Notes: a model not told the origin generated them from the letters alone. 63,625 nt of DNA, filler included, from Folioceros fuciformis (GCA_049999805.1; 22 parts of 22 records of this genome joined end to end with filler, not necessarily neighbours in it), one strand, 5' to 3'. Positions 38,275 through 50,662 are shown, counted from the whole stretch's first letter. Made by a program: numbers and translations.

Positions 38275-40328
38275 AGAAAAGGTAGTGTCTGGTCCTTACA
38301 CAAGTCTCAAAATAGGACTGGCAGTTATAACTGCTAATCTAACCTAACTACCTAAGTTACTAGCCCTAAGCATAGCAATGTTAATTAACTACTCAACACT
38401 CCCACTCATTGCAAAGTGCTTAGGTATTTTATAAACGTTTATTAATCGAATTGAACTTAAATGTTCTCTAGCACAGCACGAACACGAGGAGTCACAAACA
38501 AGTACTTCAGCTCCCAGTCGCATATGTCGGCATCAAATCCCTTGCTTAAATTCTCTGCTCATGAATACAAGATGCCAGATTCTGTTTCAGGTTCCAAGTG
38601 CTCGACGAGATGGTTCTGTTTGGAGCTGCGCTAGGGTCTTCGAGTCAGCCAGCTGCGGCGCAAGGATCCAGCTCCGAGCTCAGTCCACTTGCTGTAGAGA
38701 AGTCTGAAGACCCTGGTCATACTGCTATTGCTATGGCGGCGGCTTGCGCTACTCCTTCAACAGCTGCTCCTGTCGAAGATGGTGCTCCTGCACAAGCTAC
38801 CACACACGATTATCGAGATGCTGCACCTCTCCGCCTCCACCACAATCGCGCTTCAAGCGGACTGAGATGGGTTAAGCGCAAGGCCACACCCTCCTATGCT
38901 CACTGGATGAAGAAACTCCGACAAATGGAGAAGCGTGAAGCTGTCCTCACTCACAAAATTTTTGCTCTTCGAAGGCAACTTCAGGCTTCCAATGTTCCAG
39001 TTGCAAGCTCAGGCGTTTTGTCGCGTGCTCTCGCTCCTCTAGCGTATACTCCCACTGAACGCAGTTGCTATTCACCCGTGGGACCTCTTAACGCTGTGAA
39101 GCTTCCTCCGCAGATTGAAGACGAATATGTTGTCCTGCCAGTGCCACACAATCCAAGACCATACACGCTGCCTAGGGGACACAGAAGCAAGACTGTATGA
39201 TTGGTGACTGATGGAGACGGGATCAATGACCCTCTTACCCCTGAGGCTTATATTTGCACTGTTACTGGAATAGAGATGGTGAGAGAAGACTGGTTCAGAT
39301 GGGGTGGCGACAACGGGAACTTTATTTCTTTCTACAGTAAGCCTGCCTAGCTAGCCTCTTATCTTATGCACACTATTGTTGTGGTTTGAGGATGCTGCCC
39401 AGACTAACTTCCTGACTGCAGTATCATCAACTCCTCATAGAGTTTCACCATAGAACGTACAAGAGGGCTGATATGGACTATGCTGCAAAGGACGACGACA
39501 TAAGAGTGAAGCCAACAAGACACAACCTTGACCCCAATTACTTAGAGGTGCAGAGGGGAAAGCTGAACGAAGATACACACTGTGTTCTTTGACGTGCCTG
39601 TTAGTAGTAGTTCGAACTCTGACATTGACTCTGTGTCTGCGGCCTTCTAGGTCTAGTCTATGAAATGCACTCAAAGACAGTGACAGTCAGGACCTGCCTT
39701 TCATTTTACTTGGAAAGGTAAGAGGAGTCCAAGACTCCTAAAGCTTTTTTAAGCTGATGATGTTTACCTTTAGGTAGTACTTTTGATGACACATCTGCCG
39801 CGTTTGAGTTTGTAGGGACATACTCCAAATGTATCTGGCCTGAGGATACAGCTCCATGAATGAAGTGATAATGCACTTCAATATGTTTAGCTATCGCATG
39901 AAATACGGGATTTTCTACGAGTGATAGGGCTCTAGTGCTGTTACAATAGATTGTCGTGGGCTGAGTTTGCTCCTGGCCTAAGTCCTTAAGAAGCCTTCGT
40001 AGCCAGATTGCTTCTTTGGCTGCTTGAGTAAGAGCATAATACTCTGACTCTGTGGATGATAATGAAACTATGGTCTGTTTCTTAGATGACCAGGTAATTG
40101 CTCCTCAAGCCAACAAGAATGCATAAGACAAAACTGATTTCCTGAAGTCTAGATTTGCTGCCCAATCAGCATCAAAGTACCCTAACAAGATAAGTGACTC
40201 ACCTTCGTACTGCTGCTTTGTATAATGTATGCCATGACTGTTGGTTCCTTTAAGGTACCTCAATATCCGTTTCAGTATAGTCCAGTGAGTTCTTCTAGGC
40301 TGTTTAAGAAATTGAGAAGTCATACTAA
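38275..40328 (-). mobile_element. Ty1/copia 3' half: RT end/RNase H (~39706-40323), ~1.3-kb 3' region, PPT (38399-38408), 3' LTR start (38398 leftward)
   Basis: FDADWAAN, WSSKKQ, STESEY, KHIEVHYHFI; on minus, PPT TGAGTGGGAG is followed by TGTTGAG. Confidence 0.88.
38598..39350 (+). pseudogene. Antisense ORF within the copia 3' region (~250 codons, one internal TGA at 39198-39200)
   Basis: 200-aa ORF continues in frame after TGA as LVTDGDGINDPLTPEAYICTVTGIEMVREDW...NFISFYSKPA*; homologous to 19101-19418. Confidence 0.55.
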
Positions 40329-40440
40329 TGTAGGGTTATTAAAGCCCAATGTGCTTAGACTATTGTATTTAGTTTAAGATTAGTGTCTAGTTAAGTATCA
40401 TTAGTTTAGATTAGCTTAAGCTAATCTAAACTAATGATAC
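40329..40440 (+). mobile_element. LTR family F terminus inserted in copia RT
   Basis: TGTAGGGTTATTAAAGCCCAATGTG is the reverse complement of 28485-28509. Confidence 0.8.
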
Positions 40441-40540
40441 NNNNNNNNNNNNNNNNNNNNNNNNNNNNNNNNNNNNNNNNNNNNTTAATTAATTAANNNN
40501 NNNNNNNNNNNNNNNNNNNNNNNNNNNNNNNNNNNNNNNN

Positions 40541-40730
40541 GTGGCCATGTCATTTAACAAGGCTTCTTCACCATAGCCTTGTGGCCATGTCATTTAACAA
40601 GGCTTCTTCACCATAGCCTTGTGGCCATGTCATTTAACAAGGCTTCTTCACCATAGCCTTGTGGCCATGTCATTTAACAAGGCTTCTTCACCATAGCCTT
40701 GTGGCCATGTCATTCAACAAGGCTTTCTCA
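40541..40730. repeat. 40-bp tandem repeat (GTGGCCATGTCATTTAACAAGGCTTCTTCACCATAGCCTT), ~4.7 copies
   Basis: Direct inspection. Confidence 0.95.
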
Positions 40731-41084
40731 CATGCATAATGTTCCATAGCCTTGCTACTATTTCATTTAGTAGGGCGATAAGCTCATCTAGGGCTCTTCT
40801 TTGCAGTAACATATGGATATTCCATTTTCCCTACCTTGGTCTTTGTCCACAACCTCCTACAAGCAATCAAAAACTCTTACCCTTACCTTGCAAGTAGAGG
40901 GCTAAGCACTTCTTGTAGGCACTTGGGGAAAAATGAGCCTTCTTGTATAAGGATTACATGCTTTATTGAGTGGAAAGTAATTAATTAGACATCACCAATC
41001 CATAGCATATCTATTCACTATATGTCTTAGTCATGCCAACTATGGGATGAGGTTGGAATGGTGAAGGGAAGTTTGGAACAAACA

Positions 41085-41790
41085 TCGAGTGTAAAGGATA
41101 AGACAAGTTTGGAATAGATTGTGAAGGATAAGGACGAGTGGAGCCAAGTTTGAAATAGACTGTGAAGGATAAGGACCAGTGGAGCCAAGTCTAGACTAGA
41201 TTGTGAAGGATAAGGACCAGTGGAGCCAAGTCTGGAATAGACTGTGAAGGATAAGGACCATTGGAGCCAAGTCTGGAATAGACTGTGAAGGATAAGGACC
41301 ATTGGAGCCAAGTGTGGAATAGACTGTGAAGGATAAGGACCAGTGGAGCCAAGTGTGGAATAGACTGTGAAGGATAAGGACCATTGGAGCCAAGTCTGGA
41401 ATAGACTGTGAAGGATAAGGACCATTGGAGCAAGTCTGGAATAGACTGTGAAGGATAAGGACCATTGGAGCCAAGTTTGGAATAGTCTCTGAGTATGGAG
41501 GATAAAGAACGGTGGAGGCAAGTACAGACATTGGGTGTGGAGGATAAGAAATGGTGGGGCCAAGTTTATAACAAACATTGTTTGTGTAGGATAAGAAATG
41601 ATGGGGCCAAGTTTATAACAAACATTGTTTGTGTAGGATAAGAAATGGTGGGGGCAAGTTTATAACAAATACTAGGTATGTAAGATAAGGAACGGTGGGG
41701 GCAAGTTTATAACAAACACTAGGTATGTAGGATAAAGAACAATGTGGGCAAGTTTATAATAAACCCAAGTGTGGAGGATAAGGAATGGTG
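41085..41790. repeat. Minisatellite of 41-bp units (TGGAGCCAAGTCTGGAATAGACTGTGAAGGATAAGGACCA(G/T)) grading into ~47-bp variants
   Basis: Direct inspection; explains the repetitive ORFs at 41027-41578. Confidence 0.92.
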
Positions 41791-42062
41791 GAGAAGGTAC
41801 AAGGTGTCAGCCTCGGGCTCGTTCAAGTGCAAGGACTGGAGGCATGTTGGTTTACTTGCTCTAGGGAGGAGAGGGAGGTGATCACCTCCCTCTCCTCCCC
41901 AATGAATGGTTCCACATCAATATGGAATCATTCTTGCCCGTCGAGAGGGTAGACTTCAGCTANNNNNNNNNNNNNNNNNNNNNNNNNNNNNNNNNNNNNN
42001 NNNNNNTTAATTAATTAANNNNNNNNNNNNNNNNNNNNNNNNNNNNNNNNNNNNNNNNNNNN

Positions 42063-43372
42063 TCTACCACACATTTACGGGCACATTTGCGATATAGAGG
42101 ACAGGTGTTTTCTGGTCCACCAAATGTTGTTTTTCTTCTCTATCCTTTGCGTCCCTCTGACTCCAAGCATCCTATACAAATCATAACTCCACGTCATTGT
42201 TATTGGAATTCCTTGCTCGCTTGTAATATTCAACTCATTGTGAATGTATCGAACTTGTTCAATAAATGATATTTTCTTCGAGAAATCCACCTTCACGTTA
42301 TGGTCGGTAGCCAGACACCTCATTTCCTTTGCGTAAGTCTTGCATAGATGTGTGCCTCCATATACAGGTAGTGAGAGTTCTTCGGGGTCCTCTGCAAAAA
42401 GCCCCTGGAATGCATAAAAACTGTGGTTCCCGCCTAATACCCCCATGATATACTTATGTTTCTTTAGTTTTGAGCAATCAAAATCTGCAAATGTCGGGCA
42501 CTTCTTAGGGTCAATCATACAGAACAAGGGTAAGACGCCTTCCTGTACTGGTCGCTTCTTTATCTCTTGTAGAAGATGCTTTCCCCATGACTCATCGACT
42601 CGCCTTATCTGCGCATCTTTGGTTAGATAGTCTATGGAACGGAGCATGTTGATGGCAACCATGTCAATATGCGGAATACACCATTTGCGATGCGCAGACT
42701 CCTTTACGAGATTGATAGGGTCATTATGCTGCAAAGCCTTGTCAATCCTATCGCTATCAATCAGAATGACCTTCGTAATAACTCTTCTAGTTGGAGCCTC
42801 TTCTGTATTGCCTTGTTTCTTCTTTCTTCTTGCCCTCATACTCCCCGGCCCTTTCCGATGTGCTGGCGAATCGGCAACAATGAGTTGGAGATCATCATCA
42901 TCAAACAAAGAGTCTAAATCCTCACGAAGACTTAACATTTTCTGCCAGACGGCAGGAAATGATGTTTTCCCTAATGCATCTAGGCTTTCCAATGATGTGT
43001 CTGTGCTCGCTTTCTTCGAGATGTTGGACGACCGCTTTGATGCACCTTCACTTGCAATATCCTAGAACACATTGTTATCGTCGTCATTTAGGGATCTTTA
43101 TCTTCTTGTACATCCTCATCTTCCTGCCCAAGAGGCGTTGACGAAGAGGCTGCGATATTTTTGCATAGAACAAGGCCAGCTCCTCTTACATTTCTATGGG
43201 GACCCATCCACCCCTCGCGCGACAATCATGTTGGTGCACTCTAGGCCGTGCCACCGGCTACATGATGGTAAAGCATCTTCTTGTATGTTGATTGACCTCC
43301 CCGACCTGATTGTCATCCAGTTGTCTATTGCCAAAGTCCTTCGAGGACAAGCTTCGTGTCCATCGAGAACAG
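42063..43372 (-). pseudogene. ParB/Srx-like domain ORF (305-aa open segment 42075-42992; upstream stops; interrupted by an LTR at 43373)
   Basis: AQIRRVDESWGKHLLQEI...PLFCMID...MGVLGGNHSFYAFQGL...LATDHN...SFIEQV resembles the ParB/Srx pattern. Confidence 0.55.
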
Positions 43373-44700
43373 TGTGGTGGCTGGATCTCGGGGAGTGGGG
43401 CTCCCAGAGCTCCGTCCTATAATGGCCACACTTATCCCACTGTCGTTAGTATAGAATGGGTTTCGATCCCACCAAAGAGTGGCTGGTGCTCCCAATCTGT
43501 AGTGTATGAGATGACTTCTCCTAACTCCACAACTTCACAACTCTTACATCCAACTGCTGACCCTCTACTCCTGACCTTGCGACCCCTAGTCATGACTCGT
43601 TTAGCTGCAGACAAATCAAGTCTATCACCCTGACCTGACTACACAACCTCCCACTTCACACTTCTCACGTCTCACATCCCTCTTCCATCCAAATTACTCT
43701 GACCTTGCTATCGGTCAGGGGTACTACTCAACTTCCGACAGACCTACCAACTACAGACAAGTCAAGATTGTCACTCCTACCTTGCCAACGGTTCAGGTCG
43801 CCACTGCCGACCTATGGACAGATCTTCACACTCTCAGCTGCTGTAACTAGTACTGCCTACAGCCCCCTCACTCCAAGTATTGGAAACCACAAGTCAGAAC
43901 CTGTAGGAGGAAGCTACAACTAGGTTGCAATCTGACGGGGTAGGAGGAAGCTACAACTAGGTTGCAATCTGACGGGGTAGGAGGAAGCTTCAACTAGGCT
44001 GCAATCTGACGGGGTAGGAGGAAGCTACAACTAGGTTGCAACCCTCCCCCGTCAGATATGCCAGCACCACGTCAGAAACACATAGCAATTAGGGCGGATT
44101 TGAGGAAACACCGCCTTAGGCTCCTTGCCAGGCCTTGAGCAGTCTCTGTGCCTTGCAACTCTAAACACTACAACGACCTTCACCTCTACTCCTCTACTTG
44201 TTCTCCTCTCCGCGGGTGAGAACTCTCCTACGCTACCCCACAGTTTGATGGAACCTGCCCTTACCTCCTACCAGGCACCAAGTCTCCTTGGCCGGCAACA
44301 CACTAGCAAGACTAGCATGCGGGAACAGTAAGGGCAGCAGCCATGGACACTTGCACCATCAGCCAGCAAACCCCAACCTCATCCACATCTCCAGCTGCAA
44401 CTTAGCAACAACTGACAGGTAAGGGAGACGAGGTCTCAGGAAAGGGAGACGAGGTCTCAACCACATCAATCAGTTGGAACAAGACACATCAAGACACATC
44501 TGGAGCTCAACAAGCAAGAGCTGAAGGCTAAAGGGTGGCAAGTGACAAAATGAGTTCAGGGAACTCTCCTAGCCTTATAGGAGCTCCCCTCTCTCTTCAC
44601 GCTCTCTCTCTCCTTAGGCCAATACTATAAAACACAACTAAATTAATGAAACACCTTGGCTCATTGACTTAGGCCTACCTAGAAAGTGACTCGGTGTCAG
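43373..44700 (-). mobile_element. Gypsy-type LTR family D (diverged relative of A) with 37-bp tandem repeat at 43903-44040
   Basis: TGTGGTGG...GGCCACACTTATCCCACTGTCGTT...GGGTTTCGATCCCA; right boundary uncertain. Confidence 0.65.
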
Positions 44701-46439
44701 AATTCTTAATGGGCCTACCATTTAGGTCCAATCCCCACAAGCCACATAAACTAAGTCTAAATAGTGGGGTCAGACCCCACTCGGGACAATCCTCCACCAT
44801 CTGTGTCCTTGGGAGGGAACCTTCTAATCTGTTGCTGGCTGCAATTATCCCCCTTGTCCTCCTGTGCTGTCACCTCATCAGCTAGTCTCTTCCTTGTGGT
44901 TGACTGAGGTGCAATTGCTGGGCTGCTCTCCAAAGGCATAGGAGGGAGAGACTCCTCATGTCTTGTAGGCAACAAGAGTGACAGATGCATGTTAGTTTCT
45001 GTCCAGGGGTCAAGTGTCCCCAAGATCTCCTATCTGTCGGATGTGCGTTCCACATCTGTGAGGCTACCTCTTGCGGTCAGATCTTCCTCTTCCTCCTCTG
45101 TCCTACAAGGCACAAAAATTCTATCTTCTCCTGCTTGGGGGCCTTCTTTGGCATTAAAGGGGAGGGAGTGGAGTCCACCTGTCCCTATGTCTCACCCATG
45201 CCCTTCCTTGTCTTCATGTTTCGCTGGTTGAGCCCCAGGTCCAGCCCCTGCTGACCACACTTCCGTCCGGCCAAGAGCAAACCACCTCAACGTTGGTGAA
45301 TCCTACAGCAGGAGCCCACAGCACCCTAAACCCCTCACAGCACTACTTGCAGCTCCTTCATGAGCTCACAAACCACCCTCCATCACCCCTCCCTACAATT
45401 GCTAGATCATTTGCACCTAAGAAGGAAAAGAAAAAGAAGGGGGGGGGGGGGGGGAAGAAAGAATAGGAGGCTAAGAGCCACACCCCCTCCTTTGCACTCA
45501 GCCACAGCCCGTGGAGATTGAGGCACCTGCCTCAGTCCCTGCCCCTTGCCTGTGAGTGAAAGAAAGGAAAAAACACACAAGACAACCAGGATCTGCACCC
45601 CATTCCCCTTCCTCACAGCCTAATCCATCAGCTCTTGTGGGCTTCCCTCTAGAGGGAGCTTGGCTGGCTCCACACGCTGCCCTCCACACTAAACTCAACA
45701 GATGAGGGGGGTGCAAAAACCCCCAATGAAACCTGCTCCCCTTGATCAGCAAATTAGAGAGAAAGGTGGAGTCTTAGGAGGCGGCTCTTCACTCCCTTTG
45801 CTCACAGCCCTCCTCCACGCTCCTTTAGCCAGCCTCGCATGCAGCCTAGGCCTCCTGTAGCTCATAGATCCCTAGGATCTTGCCCCTAGATTGCTCCTTG
45901 ATCACGGAAAGGAAAAAAAATAGAAGAGGAGTAGCCGCCGCGTTTCGTCTCCCCCTTGGCAGCCTCACTGCCTCTCCATTGTCCAAGCTCCCTGCCTCCT
46001 ACAACTCACAGATCCTTGCTGCCCGTCCGTTTGCTCACAAACGGCTACTTGCTCTGAGCTCCCAAGCACCTGAGGACTTAGAGTGGCCGCATGTCGCATG
46101 GAACTTGGAGTGCTTGGCCTGGTGACTTGGAGCTCTTGCATGCCACTTGGAAACCTAGAGTGGTTGCATGCAACCTAGGGACTTGAAGTTCCCACAGGCC
46201 ACTTGGGGACTTAGAGTGTCGGCATGCAATATGGGACTTAGGATTCTTGCATGCAGCCCGTTTTAACAGGTTCTTGCCCGGACCTCTTACCAAACCTACT
46301 AGTTTGGTACCAAACCACTTCTGCCCCCTTGACAGATCCATAAGACTCCTATCCCTCAGACAGATTCTTCTCCTTACCATGCGTGAACACCCCACTCACA
46401 TATATAGTTGTTGAAAAAAAAAAAAACCAACTAGGAAGG

Positions 46440-46800
46440 AACCAACCATATGGCATGTATGTCCAACCCTATCGGTGAACAGGAACTGCGGCAATGGAGG
46501 AAGCGAGGCTAGAAGGCAACGTTGCCAAAATCAAGGAGAGCGATATGATCATTGTCCCTTGTGAAGGTGATTTGCAGAATCGGCCATTTTGGGTTGCCCA
46601 AGTCCAAGCTGTAGACACCACATCAACTGACCGCTGCCTTGTTATACAATATTGGATAACAAAAAAAATGAATATCTTTGAGGGTAGGTATTTGCCATAG
46701 AAGATATGATCCTCTCAGCTAGTGGGAAGAGTGGGCAAACGCCCCTGAATTTGGCATGCCCGGAAGCTAGATAAGTTGATTATTTTGGAAACATATATAT
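46440..46800 (+). pseudogene. Second 'PFW' domain fragment (probable DNA transposon ORF C-terminus)
   Basis: DMIIVPCEGDLQNRPFWVAQV...LVIQYW is homologous to 15334-15620. Confidence 0.45.
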
Positions 46801-47221
46801 TAGCATATGCTTTTTCTCTAACTTGAGATAGCACGCTTCAACAAAGGACCCAGCAGCTCATTAAAACAAAGTTGGATGACCTGTAGAAACAAACGTTGAA
46901 TGAAGAGATTCCACGAGAGCAGGGTTTGGATGGTGGACGAGCAATGTATGCGTGAAAGGGGTGGTAGCCACTGCTTGTAGACAAAGATGTTGTGGATGAC
47001 AATGCGAAAAATAATCCTTCGAACGTGCTGGCTGCCAAGATTCCACGTAGATCAACCTCAGGACCAATCGCGCGAAGAACATGAGAATCGCAAGCCCATA
47101 GTTGCTTTTAGAGATTGCATANNNNNNNNNNNNNNNNNNNNNNNNNNNNNNNNNNNNNNNNNNNNTTAATTAATTAANNNNNNNNNNNNNNNNNNNNNNN
47201 NNNNNNNNNNNNNNNNNNNNN

Positions 47222-48231
47222 ATGGCCTTTGCTATATGCCAAGCGGGAAGAAGCATCTGCAGCTAACTTGTTATGTAGATGCAGATTGGGTTTCTGATGC
47301 AGACACCCGAAAAAGTATATCAGCTTATTGTTCTCTGGCCAACTCCTCTGTAGTGAACTGGTCATGTAGAAAACAAGCAGCCATCTCCCTGTCTTCCATA
47401 GAGTCTGAGTACAAGGCACTCACCGAAGCCACTAAGGAGGCTGAGTGGGAAAGGAAGCTTTGTGAAGACTTGGGTATGAAGCAAGAAGGGCCAACAATCT
47501 TGCATTGTGACAACATGTTAGCAATTGTTTTGGTTGCTAACCCCGTCTTCCATGCACGCACCAAGCATATAGAAATTCAACATCGTTATATTAGGGATGC
47601 TGCTGAGAGAGGTATCATCAAGGTTCAATATATATACCTACCAACGACAACACAGCAGATGTTCTGACCAAGTCCTTACCTAATTTCAAACACTGTTTTC
47701 ACAAAAGAAGGGCTTGGTTTGGTGGATTGTAGTAGATACATGACACTAGACAAATCACTTATTTGGTAGGACCTTTCACTACACAAATATTCCGTCACTT
47801 GGGTTGATGATATGAAGCAATTGGCATGCTTCTCTTCTGGTCACTGGAGTGGTGTTCTACTTTGTGAGATCCTCTAAACTACAAGCTCTACAAGAGTGAG
47901 GACTACCGACTCTAGGTGATAGCCGTTTTGAAGATGTTTAAAGCTTGGCGTCAACAGCAGTGATCTCCGTTTGTACTTAGGAGCTCTCTTCTAACAGCAA
48001 TTAGCACGTGTCTGAGAGGGAGAGTTGGAATATAAGGCAAACCACGTGGTTTTGTATTACGTTGGGTAGCTTAACTAGATATAGTTATAAGTGTAGTTAG
48101 TTAACTGGCAGGTTAGTCAAAGGGCACACCCCTTCGTAAACTGCTGCTTAAGGCCTACCTTTGTATCCACCTAATTAATTTGCTTATAGATCATTTTCAA
48201 TGCATCTGCTTCCGTGTTAGTAATTCTAACC
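47222..48231 (+). mobile_element. Ty1/copia 3' end: RNase H, PPT (48014-48022), 3' LTR family G (48023-48231), inserted into Athila-like gag
   Basis: YVDADWVSD, SSIESEY, HARTKHIEIQH; PPT GAGAGGGAG; LTR homologous to 36091-36297. Confidence 0.88.
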
Positions 48232-49813
48232 GGCTGCAGCTTCGCACAAGACTCCATAGAACAGCAAAACACGTTGCGCATCTCCTGCCTCCTGGTTGGC
48301 AATGGTCAACTGCTCAAAATGCTCAACAAAGTCGTCAGGATCCTCGTCACCCTTCCTTTCCCCATACAGTGGGTAAGGCTGCTTAGTGGTTACAACTACT
48401 GGAGTAGTAGTCATAGCTACCATGGTAGTGCTTTCAGCTAGTGCAGGTAGCCGATACAACTACCGCGCCTGAACTGACTTCTACACCCACAAAATGTGTC
48501 TGGACTGAAGTTGGGCGAGACAACCTGGAATGGAGATCAACCAGCGAGCTTGGATTGGGGTACCTGGGCCCAGATACCTCCTCCAAACCCGAAAGTTGCA
48601 GATGTGGCTAAAATGAAATCTGACCTTCAGCTCCAGGTTGACTCCTTGTCCCTCTTCCTCGTCCAACAGGTGTGTTGTCCCACTGCAACCTTCTGGCGAC
48701 CCTCTGCAACCTCTCCGCTGCCTGGCGTTGCCGCTCACCAATGGTAGTTCTGCAGGTTCAGGCTCAAAGTCGCTGATTCTCCTCCTAGGCATCCATCAAC
48801 CTATCACTACCTAGACTCTCTATTCCTCTAGACTCTCCATCCAAAGGTTAGTTATTCCTACCTATGTTCTTGACAACATTACATTCTCCGGCAACGGCGC
48901 CAAAATGTGGGAGAAAATATTGCACCCGAGGTTGCTGCGAGGTCCACACAAACCCTCTTTGTCATTTTAGTACCGGGATTCGATCCCAAGGGAATGATTT
49001 GTGCCAAGTAACATAGGTTTCTTCTAAAAGTTAGTTACTACCTAGGTCAGACTTTAACTACCCCAGCTCCACTACCTACTGGTTCAACTACCCCTACCCC
49101 TCAGCTGGCCTAGCTACCACAGTCCCTACTCTACAGCTCCAGGCCCCGCTCGGCTACCGGTAGCCGCTTCGGCTACTCCGTCAACTACCGGTAGCCGCTT
49201 CGGCTACCTCCGTCAACTTTCAACTACTGGTAGCCGCTTCGGCTACCTCCGTCAACTACCGGTAGCCGCTTCGGCTACCTCCGTCAACTACCGGTAGCCG
49301 CTTCGGCTACCTCCGTCAACTACCGGTAGCTGCTTCGGCTACCTCCGTCGTCCTTCCACTACTGTGGTGGGTCCCACCCCAAACCCTAACTAATTATTTT
49401 TGACGTAGGCGTCGCCGCGGGTTTCCACCCACGGGTTTCTGCCCTGGACCTCCCAAACTCACAGAGCTAGCTTATTCCATGCTCCTCACACATGCAAGGG
49501 CTGATCCTTAGGGAACAAAGCCTTGCGGATCAGCCACATCTCCCCACACACTCATGCACACTCCACTCACACACAAAACACACATAAGAGCTCTGGACCA
49601 CAGTTATTCTCACAAGCCTGCCCCCAAGGGTCTTAATCTCCAACACTGTCCACCAATCTTCAGCGATTCTTTAGCAATCTCCCACAATCCCTCATGAGCT
49701 TCAGCAAGCTCCCACATCCACTCACAAATGTCTCAGAATCTCGCAGAAACTCTCCATATTTTGCATCCAATCTTCAGCAATCTCCCACAATCCCTCATGA
49801 GCTTCAACAACCT
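48232..49813 (-). mobile_element. Athila-like gypsy 5' end: LTR family B (48906-49813), tRNA-Asp PBS (48885-48905), gag start (ATG 48792)
   Basis: Minus strand reads ...CCCACA TTTTGGCGCCGTTGCCGGAGA; gag motif GDEDPDDFVEHFEQL...LLFYGVL. Confidence 0.85.
49150..49350. repeat. ~32-bp tandem array of hairpin units (CTACCGGTAGCCGCTTCGGCTACCTCCGTCAA), ~6 copies
   Basis: Direct inspection; each unit has a GTAGCCG/CGGCTAC inverted repeat. Confidence 0.92.
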
Positions 49814-50662
49814 NNNNNNNNNNNNNNNNNNNNNNNNNNNNNNNNNNNNNNNNNNNNTTAATTAATTAANNNNNNNNNNNNNNNNNNNNNNNNNNNNNNN
49901 NNNNNNNNNNNNNCTACTGGTCTGATCAATACCCCCCGCCATGCTTGCCGGCAACAGAGACAAAACTTGCTGCAGAAGTTCACATGCGGAGCTCTTAGTC
50001 ATCCACAAAATCCCACGAGACTGGATACTTACCAGCCGTTACGTTAACCAGACGACGGTGAATGTGATTTTGGCTCGTTTTGGGAGAATCATAGTTTTTC
50101 ATCGAAAAGAGCGGTCTACCTGATTAGAGTCTCGAACGCTGCACGATGAAAACTAGCGCTACGTGCTTGAAGGGCCTCTCACAACATATTAAGCACAAAG
50201 ACAGATGAGTCTTCACTGTCTTAATTAATATATTTTAAATAAATTAAATAAAGAACAGAAGTAGTAGTCTTTGCATGCTGTCACCTAGGGTTTTTCTAAC
50301 ACCCGGTGTCACTAGCTAATGAAAAACCAAGTATTAATAATATGAATTATCCTTGCTATAATATACCCAATATATGAAGGGAGAAAGTCTCTCCACATGT
50401 TCATGTCCTCATGTTATATAGTTATGTGTGTTTAGATTATTTTCTATTATAAGTCCTATCTACTCCAAAGATTGGAGGAACTACTCCAAAGATCATAGAA
50501 ACAAATCATGAAGGGCACAATTCAAGAAACGTGCATCAAATAATACGAGATTGTGTCGTTAACCATTGCCAAGGACGTCGTCAACCATTGCTAAGGACCT
50601 GAAAGGGCCACCAAAGAAGAAGAAGCATGCCAAAGTTGGGTCTCTTATGTAGTCTGGTTGAA

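Noticed and set aside
40395-40440. Perfect 46-bp palindrome in LTR family F
   Set aside because: Sits exactly at a contig end; the sister LTR (28293-28509) has only the central ~16-bp palindrome, so this is probably a fold-back read or assembly artefact
40541-41790. Tandem arrays as a possible CRISPR array or repeat-protein genes
   Set aside because: No unique spacers, eukaryotic context, and ORFs arise in several frames simply from the repeat period
48975-48988. GGGATTCGATCCC as a tRNA T-arm or SINE B-box
   Set aside because: No A-box or cloverleaf, and a non-canonical base before TTC; it is part of the LTR U5 motif
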